The notes: a model not told the origin generated them from the sequence alone. DNA of 64,000 nt from an uncultured bacterium (GCA_963813815.1 CAWFAD010000007.1:1-64000), one strand, 5' to 3'. Shown: positions 1 to 8,995, numbered from the stretch's first letter. Translations and numbers: made by a program.

Positions 1-1289
1 TCAGGAATCTGAGATATTCTTGTCCCAAGCGATCGATATCCGGAAGGCTGAGGATGATGGGCCGTCAGGATGCAATCTCTTGAAGCCCATCGATGATGTG
101 ATTGAAAAGGACGAGGGATCTCTGCCCTATGGTGTGCGTCTCGGTTGCTTTCTTGAGCGTTTTCGCGCTCGACGATATTGCCGAGATCTTGCCGGTCAAG
201 ATTTCTCTCTCGGCTGATCCCACCTGAGAGGCCACGCAATTAACTAGCTCGTCTGCAGAGAAATAATCATACGGCATCGAGGAGAGATCGATACAGAGCC
301 GCTGTTTGAGTTGCTCTGCCTGCATCGCCTTGCGGATGATGGACTTCTTGCCGATGCCTCGTGGTCCGCGAAGCACGAGCACCTTTTGCGTTGTCTGCGA
401 GGGACGTAAGAAAGCGGGCTATCTCGTCAAGCTCCTGTTTCCTGCCCGTGAAAACAGGATGGAACGCCATCTCTCTTTCATGATCGGAGTAGAGAGCCAT
501 GCTCGAGGGGCGCTGGAGCGGATCGGTGTCGCACAGATCGAGTATGAATGAAGCGATGGAAGAGGGGTTCTTAACGCCCGCACCCTCGAGAGCCTGGTGC
601 ACGCCGGCGCGACGCACTTTTATCTGTGCCTCCGATAGCTCCAATATCGCGGGGAAATCCCTATCCTCGATGGACTCGACGAGAGCGGCGCCGAGAGCGA
701 AAAAATCGGTAGATGCACTCTTGTGCGCGCCCTCCCGCAGGATTTCGGGTGCGAGAAAGCGCGCGGTGCCGCTCATTCTATCTCCTCGCTTCGCGTTTCC
801 GGAAGATATGAGACCGAAGTCCAGGAGTTTGGCTAATCCCTCGCCCGTGATCATAATGTTGTCGGGCTTGATGTCTCCGTGAACGACTCCGCTCTTGTGG
901 AGATAGCCGAGAGCGTCAAAGAGCTGGTCCATGATCGAGGGAACCGCCCGGAGATTGTCCACGTTCCTAAAATGTGATCGAAGGCTCTGGCCTTCGATAT
1001 ACTCCATCGTGAAGTAGAAGAGGCGGGATTCCAGAGTCCCGAAATCGAAAACGCGGACGAGGTTCGGGTGCTGGAGATGAGAAAGGACCTTGAACTCCTT
1101 CATGAGGGAGGCTCGGATAGCGGCGGATTCCTGGGATATCACCTTGAGCGCAAGAATGCGGTCGAGCTGCGAGTCGAAAACGCGGTAGACCCTTCCGAAG
1201 CCGCCTTCGCCGATGAGGCGTTTCAATTCTGTATCTCGACGGTAAGCCCTGCGATAGCCACCATGTGGTGGATGGTAAACGGGGCTCAA
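1..1289 (-). pseudogene. Ser/Thr protein kinase fused to a P-loop NTPase (STAND/AAA-like) domain; frameshifted with an in-frame stop; runs off the window start
   Basis: ORF 267..1289 has Hanks kinase motifs (IGEGGFGRVY, ALK, HPNLV, HGDIKPDN, LLDFG, GTARFLAPE) then FTGRKQEL. It continues in another frame (65..382) with VLVLRGPRGIGKKS (Walker A-like). After TGA at 65-67 the same frame reads RPIILSLPDIDRLG (Walker B position). True pseudogene versus sequencing error is unresolved. Confidence 0.75.
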
Positions 1290-1297
1290 TGAGATGC

Positions 1298-1334
1298 CAA
1301 TAAAAAACCCTCTCGGGGGAGAGGGTTTTTATTG
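1298..1334. terminator. Intrinsic terminator, probably bidirectional
   Basis: caataaaaaaccctctc-gggg-gagagggtttttattg hairpin with A/T tracts on both sides, just downstream of the 1363..1920 gene. Confidence 0.85.
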
Positions 1335-1362
1335 ATGGGCGTTATCTCCTATTTAGATTCTG

Positions 1363-1920
1363 TTACTCAATGATTTGCTCATCATCTCCATATTCACTGA
1401 AGTGCTCCAGCTTCGACTTCACGTTACCGTCTTCAATGAAGCTTCCGATGCTTTCCCAAAGGCCGGTTAATTCATTGTGCCATAGGATGTCGTGATCGAT
1501 TTCTTCGCCCGCCTCAACGAGGTCTATCGGCAGCGACAGTATGACATCGGCCTTGAACTGGATGCCGTGCGGCTCGAGGCGAACCATGGCCGCCGGGAAC
1601 TCGGGCATCTCGATCGTGATTTCGGTATCCTGCTCGAGGGCGCCGGGGGCGAAGGTGAGGGTGAAGTAGCCATTGCTTATAACGCCGCCATTTGCCGCTG
1701 AAATCACGGCCGAGGCGGCGGAGCTTCGCATGAGGACTTCAGAATCCTCGGAGGCGGATAGAAGCATGGCGAAAGTGGGGTCTTCAACACCGGGCATGAG
1801 GAGGGAGTCGTTCGAGGGGGCGACAGGAGAGTAGGTCCCGCACCCAAGGGCTGCCAGTAAGCTGAGGGAGGAGATCGCCTTCAGTAGGGCTCTGAGGGCT
1901 TTTTCCTTTCGACCATGCAT
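1363..1920 (-). CDS. Lipoprotein with ZU5-like beta domain
   Basis: ATG at 1920 after GAGGAGG; lipobox LAALGC; GGVI..LTFAPGAL..DTEITI..LEPHGIQF..LEHFSEY pattern resembles ZU5-type domains. Confidence 0.7.
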   Translation of the reverse strand: MHGRKEKALRALLKAISSLSLLAALGCGTYSPVAPSNDSLLMPGVEDPTFAMLLSASEDSEVLMRSSAASAVISAANGGVISNGYFTLTFAPGALEQDTEITIEMPEFPAAMVRLEPHGIQFKADVILSLPIDLVEAGEEIDHDILWHNELTGLWESIGSFIEDGNVKSKLEHFSEYGDDEQIIE

Positions 1921-1974
1921 TCTACCCACCTCCTCGGGGAATCAAAACTTCTTGTCCATCCGAGGGGGTATAAA

Positions 1975-1990
1975 GGCAACCGGGGTGCCA
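1975..1990 (-). promoter_or_regulatory. Sigma54 -24/-12 promoter for the ZU5-like lipoprotein
   Basis: Minus strand TGGCACCCCGGTTGCC, exact GG-N10-GC spacing, about 55 nt upstream of the ATG. Confidence 0.8.
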
Positions 1991-2247
1991 CGGGGTCTCG
2001 CTCGGGGGTCGAGCGGGCGCGGGCCGGCCCCGAAAAGGGCCAAAATGCCCCCTCCGTCAAGGGCGCTCAACCGCCTAATTCTTATTTCAACATGAAGTTA
2101 CGAGCAGCCCGGATCGGCGCCACCAGCCGATCAAAAAGCCCATGAATCGGTGCGATTCCTCCAGCTCGCGTGCCGGCGCCGCACTCGCGGCGGGGAGTTT
2201 TCCTTAAGCGATGGGGGTCAATGAGGGGCGAAACGGAGGTTCCGGCT

Positions 2248-3720
2248 CTATTTGCTTATCAATTCGTCGATTGCATTCGCCGGTTCAGATGAGCCACATC
2301 GGAGATTTTCCTTTGTCGAGGCGGGGTCGATTCCGAATTTTCTAAGCTTGTACCTCAGAGTTCCTCTTCCCACCCTAAGAAGTGCCGCCGCGCGGGTGAT
2401 ATTCCCCCCGGCGCGGGCCATGGCGGCCTCCACGAGAGCGCGCTCGGCGGCCTCGAGCGATACCCCCCCGGGTGGAAGATCGATGACGATCCGTTCCCCT
2501 TCTTCCCTGATGGGGAGCGTCGTTCCCCGCACTTCCCCGGAGAACGGAAAGTCCGCCGGCCCGATCCTTCCCGTGCTGTTGAGGAGCACGGCGCGCTCAA
2601 CCGCGTTGATGAGCTCGCGAATGTTGCCGGGCCAGGAGTACCGTTCGAGGGCCTCGAAGGCCTCCTCCGTCAGCCCGAGCTCGCCCTTGCCCATGCGGGC
2701 GGCGAAACGCCTCGCGTACTCGGCCGCTATGGGGCGGATATCGGCCCGGCGCTCGCGGAGCGGTGGAATGTTGATTTCGACCACGTTCAGCCGGTAAAAG
2801 AGATCCTCGCGGAAGCGGCGCTCGGACGCCGCCCGTTTCAGGTCGTGGTTCGACGCCGATATGACCCGCACGTCGACGGGCAGGAACCGCGTGCCGCTCA
2901 ACCGGCGTATCACGCGCGAATCGAGAAACTTCAGCAGCTTCGCCTGGAGGGCGTAGTCGATCTCGCCGACCTCGTCGAGAAAGATCGTGCCGCCGTTGGC
3001 GCACTCGAAAAGTCCCATCTTCTCGGTGCGCGCATCGGTGAAGGCCCCCGGCTCATAGCCGAAAAACTCGCTCTCGAGCAGGTTGCGCGGTATCGCCGCG
3101 CAGTTCACCTCGATGAAGGGGCCGTCGTTCCGCGGGCTAGCGACGTGCATCGCGCGCGCGAGCGCGCCCTTTCCCGTTCCGCATTCGCCGGTGATCATGA
3201 TCGAGGTCATGTCGCTCGCCGCCACCTTGCGGGCGAGCGCGAGCACTTCGAGAATGCGCTCGCTCACGCCGATGATTTCCTCGAAGCCGCCGTTCTCCCG
3301 GGCTCGCTTCTCGACGGCGCTGCGCCGCGTCCGCTTGCCGATGCCCTGAGCCGCCATCGCGAGGATCTGCGAGAGATCCTCCGCGCGGAAGGGCGCATGG
3401 AGGATGTGGCGCGCTCCCAGGATGAGCGCGAGCCGGTCGCCGGAAGGATAGCTCGCCGGCAGGAGGAGCACGATCTGCGTCTGGGGATTTTTCTCGCGCC
3501 ACGCGCGGAGGTCGCCGAGACCGTCGAAGTCCCCGCCGTCCGCGGGGAGCCCCGGCACGGAGAGAAGAAGCAAATGGGGTGTGTTCTCCTCTTCCGCCGC
3601 CGCGAACGTCGCGATGGAATCGTATCGCCCGGTCTTCCACCCGCGCTCCTCGCTCAGCTTCGCGAGGCGTTCGCGGGCCTCGGGTTCGGCCTCGATAACC
3701 GCGAGAAAAAGCGTCGCCAT
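2248..3720 (-). CDS. Sigma54 enhancer-binding protein (NtrC family) with degenerate receiver domain, AAA+ and Fis-type HTH
   Basis: GECGTGKG Walker A, GAFTDA loop, FLDEVG Walker B, FREDLFYRLNV, WPGNIREL, C-terminal HTH. Start taken as ATG 3720 because the ORF-track start at 3786 falls inside a promoter motif. Confidence 0.93.
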   Translation of the reverse strand: MATLFLAVIEAEPEARERLAKLSEERGWKTGRYDSIATFAAAEEENTPHLLLLSVPGLPADGGDFDGLGDLRAWREKNPQTQIVLLLPASYPSGDRLALILGARHILHAPFRAEDLSQILAMAAQGIGKRTRRSAVEKRARENGGFEEIIGVSERILEVLALARKVAASDMTSIMITGECGTGKGALARAMHVASPRNDGPFIEVNCAAIPRNLLESEFFGYEPGAFTDARTEKMGLFECANGGTIFLDEVGEIDYALQAKLLKFLDSRVIRRLSGTRFLPVDVRVISASNHDLKRAASERRFREDLFYRLNVVEINIPPLRERRADIRPIAAEYARRFAARMGKGELGLTEEAFEALERYSWPGNIRELINAVERAVLLNSTGRIGPADFPFSGEVRGTTLPIREEGERIVIDLPPGGVSLEAAERALVEAAMARAGGNITRAAALLRVGRGTLRYKLRKFGIDPASTKENLRCGSSEPANAIDELISK

Positions 3721-3774
3721 GTCGTGCCGGTCCGTCCTCTTATGATTCGGGTTAGGGTAATCCTCGATATAACG

Positions 3775-3790
3775 AGCAAAATGCATGCCT
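3775..3790 (-). promoter_or_regulatory. Sigma54 -24/-12 promoter upstream of the bEBP gene
   Basis: Minus strand AGGCATGCATTTTGCT, GG-N10-GC. Confidence 0.7.
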
Positions 3791-3803
3791 CGAAGGCGAG
3801 CAT

Positions 3804-3832
3804 TTGAACAAAGTCCGGCGATTTGCTATGCT
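3804..3832 (+). promoter_or_regulatory. Sigma70-type promoter for the peptidase lipoprotein
   Basis: TTGAAC-17 nt-TATGCT with extended -10 TG. Confidence 0.65.
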
Positions 3833-3884
3833 TGAAGCAACGGATGGTTCGGCGTCTTAACGCCCCAAAAAAGGAGATTGAAAC

Positions 3885-5798
3885 GTGTCAAGATTCGAAC
3901 ACCGCATGGCGCTCTGGCTGGCGCTCGTCTCGATAATGGCCGCGGGCTGCGGAAACGATACGGCGATCATCACAAAGGAGCCGCCCGTTGTCGAGGGCCT
4001 CGATCCTTTGACGGTCGGATTCGGCGACACCCTCACCGTCTCCGGGTCCGGTTTCAACTCCGTTCTGTCCGAGAACCGGATCGTCATCTCGCAGGGGCAG
4101 TTCGACGAGCCGGCCGCGCGCCGGGTCATCGTTCCCTTCGCGGGCTCGACGACGGAGCTTCGCGGCATCGTCCCGGACGGCGCCTTCACGGGAACGGCCA
4201 GGGTCGAGGACCTCGCGCCGCTTGCGGCGTTCACCATCAACGTCCCGCAGCCGGATCTTCCCTCGAACGAGGCCGCGCTCGCCGTCCGGCTCTCGGAGGG
4301 GGAGGTCGGCAAGGCCTTCTTTTCGGGAACGGGGTATGAGTTCTCGGCCTCGGCCGGCTCCTCCATCGCGGAGTATCTCGTGGTCCTCTTCAGCGACGCG
4401 GTGGCGCCGAGCAGCGTCTGGAACTACAACTATTCCATCACGGCACTGAACCAGACCGCCCTCGCGGCGAGCGGGGCCTCGGGCTCGAGCGGCGGCATCG
4501 ATCCCGCCGCCGGAAAGGACGCGGAAAACGCCGGCCTCGCCGCCACGGCTCTTCTCGTGAACGGCTCCCGCCCACGCGAGTTCGAGCGCCGCGTCGACGA
4601 GCAGATACGGGAGATCATCGAGCGGGCGGGCGCGGGGGCCCGTTCGTCCGGCGAGACGCCCCGGCCGAGCCTCGCCGCCGGCTCGTACGCCCCGACCGAG
4701 TATTTCAAGGTCCTCAAGGACATCTCCTTGCCGCTCAACGATCCCGATAGCTACGAGATCGTCACGGCAAACCTCAAGTTCGACGGAGAGCACACGCTTC
4801 TCTACGTCGACGCGAACACCCCGCCGGACGATCTCACCAACGACGAGGCCCAGGACCTCGGTCTCGCCTTCGACGACAACATCTATGCGCATAACCGGGC
4901 CGCGTTCGGAGTCGAGTCGGACATCAACGGCGACGGCAAGGTCGCGATTCTCATGAGCCCGGCCGTGAACGAGCTGACGGATCCGGGGACGGCCTCCACG
5001 GAGGGATTCATCGCCGGCTATTTTCTTCCGAGCGACCTCTTGCCCAATTTCGTTCCGGCCGGCGCGACGAACGCCATGGAGATCTTTTATACGATCGTTC
5101 CCGACCCGACGGGCGAATGGGGAAACGTGTTCACCAAGGACAAGGTGCTTCCCATCATCGAGGGCGTGCTCGCGCACGAGTTCCTTCATATGATCCTGTT
5201 CAACTACCGCGTGCTCGTCTTCGGAGGCGGAACGAGCACGGAATATTACGAGGATCTGTGGCTCGAGGAGGGGCTCGCCCACATCGCCGAGGACGTGAAC
5301 GGCTACACGGGCAGCAACATCGCGCGGGCGAAGCTCTTTCTCGACGATCCGGGCAGCGTGTCGCTCATCTACGGCGGGGACGGTCTCGAAGAGCGCGGCG
5401 CCTCGTTCCTGTTCCTGCGGCTCATCGGCGACCGGTACGGAGAAGAGGCCTTCAGGTCGCTCGTCCAGACGAAGGAGAGCGGGACGGCGAACGTGGGGAC
5501 GGTGACGGGCGAGTACTTCAAGGAGCTCTTCGCCGATTGGAGCGCCGCGCTGTATCTGAGCGGCCTCGGCATCACCGACGATCCGCGGTTCAACTACACG
5601 TCGATCGATCTCCAGACGGATTTCGGGCCGCCGGCCGTCGCCGCGGGAGTCGTTTCGCCCGCGGGAATGGACGGGTACGTCAAATCGATGGCGCCCGAGT
5701 ACATTCTCTACACCGTGCCGGCGTCGGGCGCGCTCGGCTTCGAGATCGGCGGGGATCCGTATGGGAGGTTCAATGCGGCCGTTGTCCGTCTCCGCTAG
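3885..5798 (+). CDS. Lipoprotein zinc metallopeptidase (M30/hyicolysin-like) with N-terminal IPT/TIG-like domain
   Basis: AAGGAG RBS; lipobox MAAGC; GDTLTVSGSGF (TIG-like); DINGDGKVAIL, FIAGYF, LAHEFLHMI and WLEEGLAHIAE gluzincin motifs. Confidence 0.8.
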   Translation: MSRFEHRMALWLALVSIMAAGCGNDTAIITKEPPVVEGLDPLTVGFGDTLTVSGSGFNSVLSENRIVISQGQFDEPAARRVIVPFAGSTTELRGIVPDGAFTGTARVEDLAPLAAFTINVPQPDLPSNEAALAVRLSEGEVGKAFFSGTGYEFSASAGSSIAEYLVVLFSDAVAPSSVWNYNYSITALNQTALAASGASGSSGGIDPAAGKDAENAGLAATALLVNGSRPREFERRVDEQIREIIERAGAGARSSGETPRPSLAAGSYAPTEYFKVLKDISLPLNDPDSYEIVTANLKFDGEHTLLYVDANTPPDDLTNDEAQDLGLAFDDNIYAHNRAAFGVESDINGDGKVAILMSPAVNELTDPGTASTEGFIAGYFLPSDLLPNFVPAGATNAMEIFYTIVPDPTGEWGNVFTKDKVLPIIEGVLAHEFLHMILFNYRVLVFGGGTSTEYYEDLWLEEGLAHIAEDVNGYTGSNIARAKLFLDDPGSVSLIYGGDGLEERGASFLFLRLIGDRYGEEAFRSLVQTKESGTANVGTVTGEYFKELFADWSAALYLSGLGITDDPRFNYTSIDLQTDFGPPAVAAGVVSPAGMDGYVKSMAPEYILYTVPASGALGFEIGGDPYGRFNAAVVRLR

Positions 5799-6348
5799 CC
5801 GCCTCCTCGTCTGCTCCGTCGCGCTCGCCGCCTCGTGCGCGCCGCGTCAAACCATCGTGCCGGTGCTCGAGCCGGTCGTCACGATCGAGGGAGAAATCGC
5901 GTTCTTCGGCTCGAACCCGGTCGAGCGGGAGATCATCCTCTCGGACGCGGGCGGGATCATCTGCCGCCTCGACGGCGGCCGCAACGACGTCGAGCTGCGG
6001 AGTCTCGCCGGCCTCGGCGCGCGAGTCACGGGGCGTCTCGGGGGCAAGGTGGACGGCGTGCCGGAGTTTCTCGTCGACCGATACGAGCTCCTGCCGATCG
6101 ACGGGCACCCTCCGGTCGTCGGCTCGCTCGAGCGGCGCGACGGCGTCCTGTGTCTCGTGGAAGCGGAGCGCGGCGGAGCGTACCGTCTCGAGGGGCCTCT
6201 CGCGAAGGCCCTCGCTCCGTTCGCGGGATATAAGGTATGGGTCGCCGGGGAGACGCGATCCGCCCGGGAAGGGGGGCGGGAGATTCCGCTCGCGGTCGAG
6301 AGCTACGGCGTGCTGCTGCCGCCGGGCTCCCTCATTCGCTCGCCTTGA
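5773..6348 (+). CDS. Hypothetical lipoprotein with two internal OB-fold-like repeats
   Basis: GGAGG RBS before ATG 5773; lipobox LAASC; overlaps the end of the upstream gene; two similar halves (RLDG..LAGLGARVTG..VDRYELL / RLEG..FAGYKVWVAG..VESYGVL). Confidence 0.65.
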   Translation: MRPLSVSASRLLVCSVALAASCAPRQTIVPVLEPVVTIEGEIAFFGSNPVEREIILSDAGGIICRLDGGRNDVELRSLAGLGARVTGRLGGKVDGVPEFLVDRYELLPIDGHPPVVGSLERRDGVLCLVEAERGGAYRLEGPLAKALAPFAGYKVWVAGETRSAREGGREIPLAVESYGVLLPPGSLIRSP

Positions 6349-6721
6349 GGCATTCCTCGATATTCAGGTAGGAGACGAAGCGGCCGCGCTCGAGCTGCTG
6401 GAAGAACATGCCGAGCCGCTCGTAGCACTGGTTCTCCATCCGTTCGCCGAAGCGCTCCCTGAGGTGCCCGGCGATCTCGCGCACGCTGCGCTTTCCGTCG
6501 ATCAGCAGCCAGACCGCGGTTCCGATGTCGTCGAGCTTGAGCTTGAACTTGCGTCGCCCCGCGTAGAGGCGCGGCTCGACGAACCGCCGCAGAAGCCGGT
6601 TCTGAAAGCGGGGCATGAGCAGCGTGACGAAGCCGTCCTCGCCCGTTTCGTACTCGCCCACGCGCTGCGGGACGAGGTCGAGCAGGTTCGCCTCGCGTCG
6701 CCGGTCCGTCTTCTTGCCCAT
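6332..6721 (-). CDS. Stand-alone PqqD-family / RiPP recognition element (RRE) protein, 129 aa
   Basis: C-terminal part of track ORF 6332..8332; GGAGG RBS then ATG 6721; KLDDIGTAVWLLIDGKRSVREIAGHLRERFG..RLGMFFQQLERGRFV matches the PqqD winged-helix pattern. Confidence 0.82.
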   Translation of the reverse strand: MGKKTDRRREANLLDLVPQRVGEYETGEDGFVTLLMPRFQNRLLRRFVEPRLYAGRRKFKLKLDDIGTAVWLLIDGKRSVREIAGHLRERFGERMENQCYERLGMFFQQLERGRFVSYLNIEECLKASE

Positions 6722-6732
6722 GGCCGCCTCCC

Positions 6733-6770
6733 AAAAAGAAATCCCCGGGCGCCGCGAGGGCGCCCGGGGA
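6733..6770 (-). terminator. Intrinsic terminator between OPT and PqqD genes
   Basis: Perfect 12-bp stem (tccccgggcgcc / ggcgcccgggga), 5-nt loop, followed on the minus strand by TTTCTTTTT. Confidence 0.75.
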
Positions 6771-6786
6771 GGTCGTGGTGGACGAG

Positions 6787-8790
6787 TTACACCTTCGTCT
6801 TCGCGTTCTGGATCGGGATCCTGATGAGCACGTACGCGAGGATGGCGAAAACGAGCACCGAGAGGAGCGGACTCCCGTCCTCGATGATCGTCGGAAGAAT
6901 CGCCTTGCCGCCGCCCGCGACGACGGTGGCCGCGATGATGATGCCCATGAGCGCCTCGCCCGCGATGAGTCCAGAGGCGAGGAGAATGCCCGTGTTCTCG
7001 AGCTTCTCCTTGTTGAGACTCCGCTTCGCCGTGATCATGTCGACGATCCACTTGATGATGCCGCCGACGAAGATGGCGAAGGTCGTGTGGAACGGAAGGT
7101 ACATGCCCACCGCGACGAGCATCGGCGACTTGATGCCGATGAGGATGAGCCCGATCGCGAAGAGCGCGCCCATGATGACGAGAGCCCAGGCCATGCTGCC
7201 CGTGATGATGCCCTGGCTCATCATCGCCATGAGGCCCGCCTGGGGCGCGGGGAGCGACTCGCCTCCGATGCCGCCCGTCGCCGCGTACCCCACGTGGAGA
7301 AGCTGCAGCACGAGCGCCATGACGAACGCCGACGCGATGACGCCGACCATGCACCCCATCTCCATCGCTTTCGGCGTGCCGCCGAGGAGGTGTCCTACCT
7401 TGAGATCCTGCATGATGTCGCCGGCGACGCCGCTCGAGCAGCAGACGACCGCCGCGACGCCGAGCACCGCCGCGATGCCGAAGGCTCCCTTGACGCCGAC
7501 GGCGACCATGAGGAGAGCCGCGATGATGAGCGTCGAGAGCGTGAGTCCCGAGATCGGGTTGTTGCTCGAGCCGATCGTTCCGACGAGGAACCCGGCGACC
7601 GCGGCGAAGAGGAACCCCGCGATGGTCATGACGATCGCCGCGACGATCGCGCCGACGAGGCTGTGGCTGAAGTAGTAGTAGAGAACCGCGATCGGAACGA
7701 CGAGGGCGATGATGCCGATGATCGTGATGGAGTAGGGAATGTCCTTGTCGATGCGGCTCGTCGTTTCGCCCGATCCGCCCTTGCCGATCTGGCTCAGATC
7801 CTTGAAGGCGCGGGCCACGCCGGCCGACAGCGACTTGCGCATCCTGAAGAGCGTGAAGATGGCCGATACGATCATCGTTCCCACGGCGAACGGCCGCACG
7901 TAGGAGTTCCACACGGCGTTCTCGATGTTGAGCCAGCTCGTCGATTCGGTCAGGAGCTGGTCGAACCCGCCGTTCACGAAGATGAAGAGCGGCGCGAGCA
8001 TCATGTGGCCGATGACGCCGCCGGCGAACACGAACGCGGCGAGCTTCGGACCGATGATGTATCCCACGCCGAGCATGGCGGGGGAGGTGGCCGGCGTCTC
8101 GGTGAAGATGGCGCCGGTCGGATTCGTCGTCGCGCCGAGCTCCACGAGGCGCGTCGTCCGAAGCGGGAAGTTGCTCATCGGAATCGCCCAGAACTTCTGC
8201 ACGTAGTCCGTGACGAGCTTGAGGCCGAAGTCGTTGCGGAAGAGCTCGATGATCGCGGAGAGGCCGATCGCGCCGAACACGTATTTGGCGCCGGTCGCTC
8301 CGCCCTGTCCCGCCTTGACGATCTCGGCGCACGCCACGCTCTCGGGGAACGGCAGGCTCGTGTCCTCGATGAGCACGCGGCGCAGGAAAATCACGAAGAG
8401 TACGCCGAGGATGCCGCCCACGAGCATGAGCGCGGTGCTCTGCCAGTAATGGATGTTGTCCCAGAGCGGCAGCCCCGAAGCCGGATCCTTGGCGATGAGG
8501 AACGCGGGGATCGTGAAAATGGCCCCCGCGACGAGGGCCTCACCCACCGCCGCCGTGGTTCGGCAGGTGTTTTCCTCGAGGACGGTGCCCTTGATTCCGC
8601 GGAGCGCCGCCATCGCCATGACCGCCGCCGGAAACGTTGCCGCGACCGTCATTCCCGCGACGAGACCGAGATAAGCGTTGGCCGCTCCCAGCACGATGGA
8701 GAGAACGGCGCCGACGATGAGCGCCGGCAGCGTGAACTCCTTCATGCTGGTTCCCGCTGGAACATAGGGCTGGAACGGCTTGTCGGCCAT
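6787..8790 (-). CDS. OPT family oligopeptide transporter
   Basis: EFT..A, ANAYLGLVAGMT, LEEN, GAIFTIPA, LPFPES, GSSNNPISG, QDLKVGHLLGGTP, LPAPQAGLMA, GILLASGLIAGE; many TM segments; AAGGAGG RBS. Confidence 0.95.
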   Translation of the reverse strand: MADKPFQPYVPAGTSMKEFTLPALIVGAVLSIVLGAANAYLGLVAGMTVAATFPAAVMAMAALRGIKGTVLEENTCRTTAAVGEALVAGAIFTIPAFLIAKDPASGLPLWDNIHYWQSTALMLVGGILGVLFVIFLRRVLIEDTSLPFPESVACAEIVKAGQGGATGAKYVFGAIGLSAIIELFRNDFGLKLVTDYVQKFWAIPMSNFPLRTTRLVELGATTNPTGAIFTETPATSPAMLGVGYIIGPKLAAFVFAGGVIGHMMLAPLFIFVNGGFDQLLTESTSWLNIENAVWNSYVRPFAVGTMIVSAIFTLFRMRKSLSAGVARAFKDLSQIGKGGSGETTSRIDKDIPYSITIIGIIALVVPIAVLYYYFSHSLVGAIVAAIVMTIAGFLFAAVAGFLVGTIGSSNNPISGLTLSTLIIAALLMVAVGVKGAFGIAAVLGVAAVVCCSSGVAGDIMQDLKVGHLLGGTPKAMEMGCMVGVIASAFVMALVLQLLHVGYAATGGIGGESLPAPQAGLMAMMSQGIITGSMAWALVIMGALFAIGLILIGIKSPMLVAVGMYLPFHTTFAIFVGGIIKWIVDMITAKRSLNKEKLENTGILLASGLIAGEALMGIIIAATVVAGGGKAILPTIIEDGSPLLSVLVFAILAYVLIRIPIQNAKTKV

Positions 8791-8860
8791 TCGAGACCTC
8801 CTTCATGCGCACAATGTCCCTCGGGCGTCGAAAACTCGACGCCGTAACGATATGAGCGGC

Positions 8861-8890
8861 ATGGTAGTCCTCGCCCGAAATGCAAGTCAA
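8861..8890 (-). promoter_or_regulatory. Sigma70-type promoter for OPT
   Basis: Minus strand TTGACT-18 nt-TACCAT. Confidence 0.55.
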
Positions 8891-8995
8891 GCAAATGATA
8901 CCGTCGGGAACTCGACGCCCCGAAGCCGCGCGAAGCAGGCCCGGGAAGCGGCCAACCGGTTGCCGGAACGAGCGATCGGCGCTGAGCCGCGCGGC

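Noticed and set aside
65..67. In-frame TGA as selenocysteine or a recoded stop
   Set aside because: Not at a catalytic Cys-like position, the gene also has a frameshift, and TGA ends many normal genes in this window
6332..6721. PQQ or RiPP biosynthetic cluster
   Set aside because: No pqqABCE, SPASM radical SAM, YcaO, lasso cyclase or precursor nearby; the radical SAM at 40 kb belongs to an unrelated family
6332..8332. 666-aa ORF as a whole
   Set aside because: Only the last 129 codons (PqqD-like, own RBS) look real; the rest is an off-frame shadow of OPT
8949..8964. Second sigma54 promoter CGGCCAACCGGTTGCC
   Set aside because: Spacing fits but the -24 element is weaker than the 8996 site; treated as a possible palindromic operator instead
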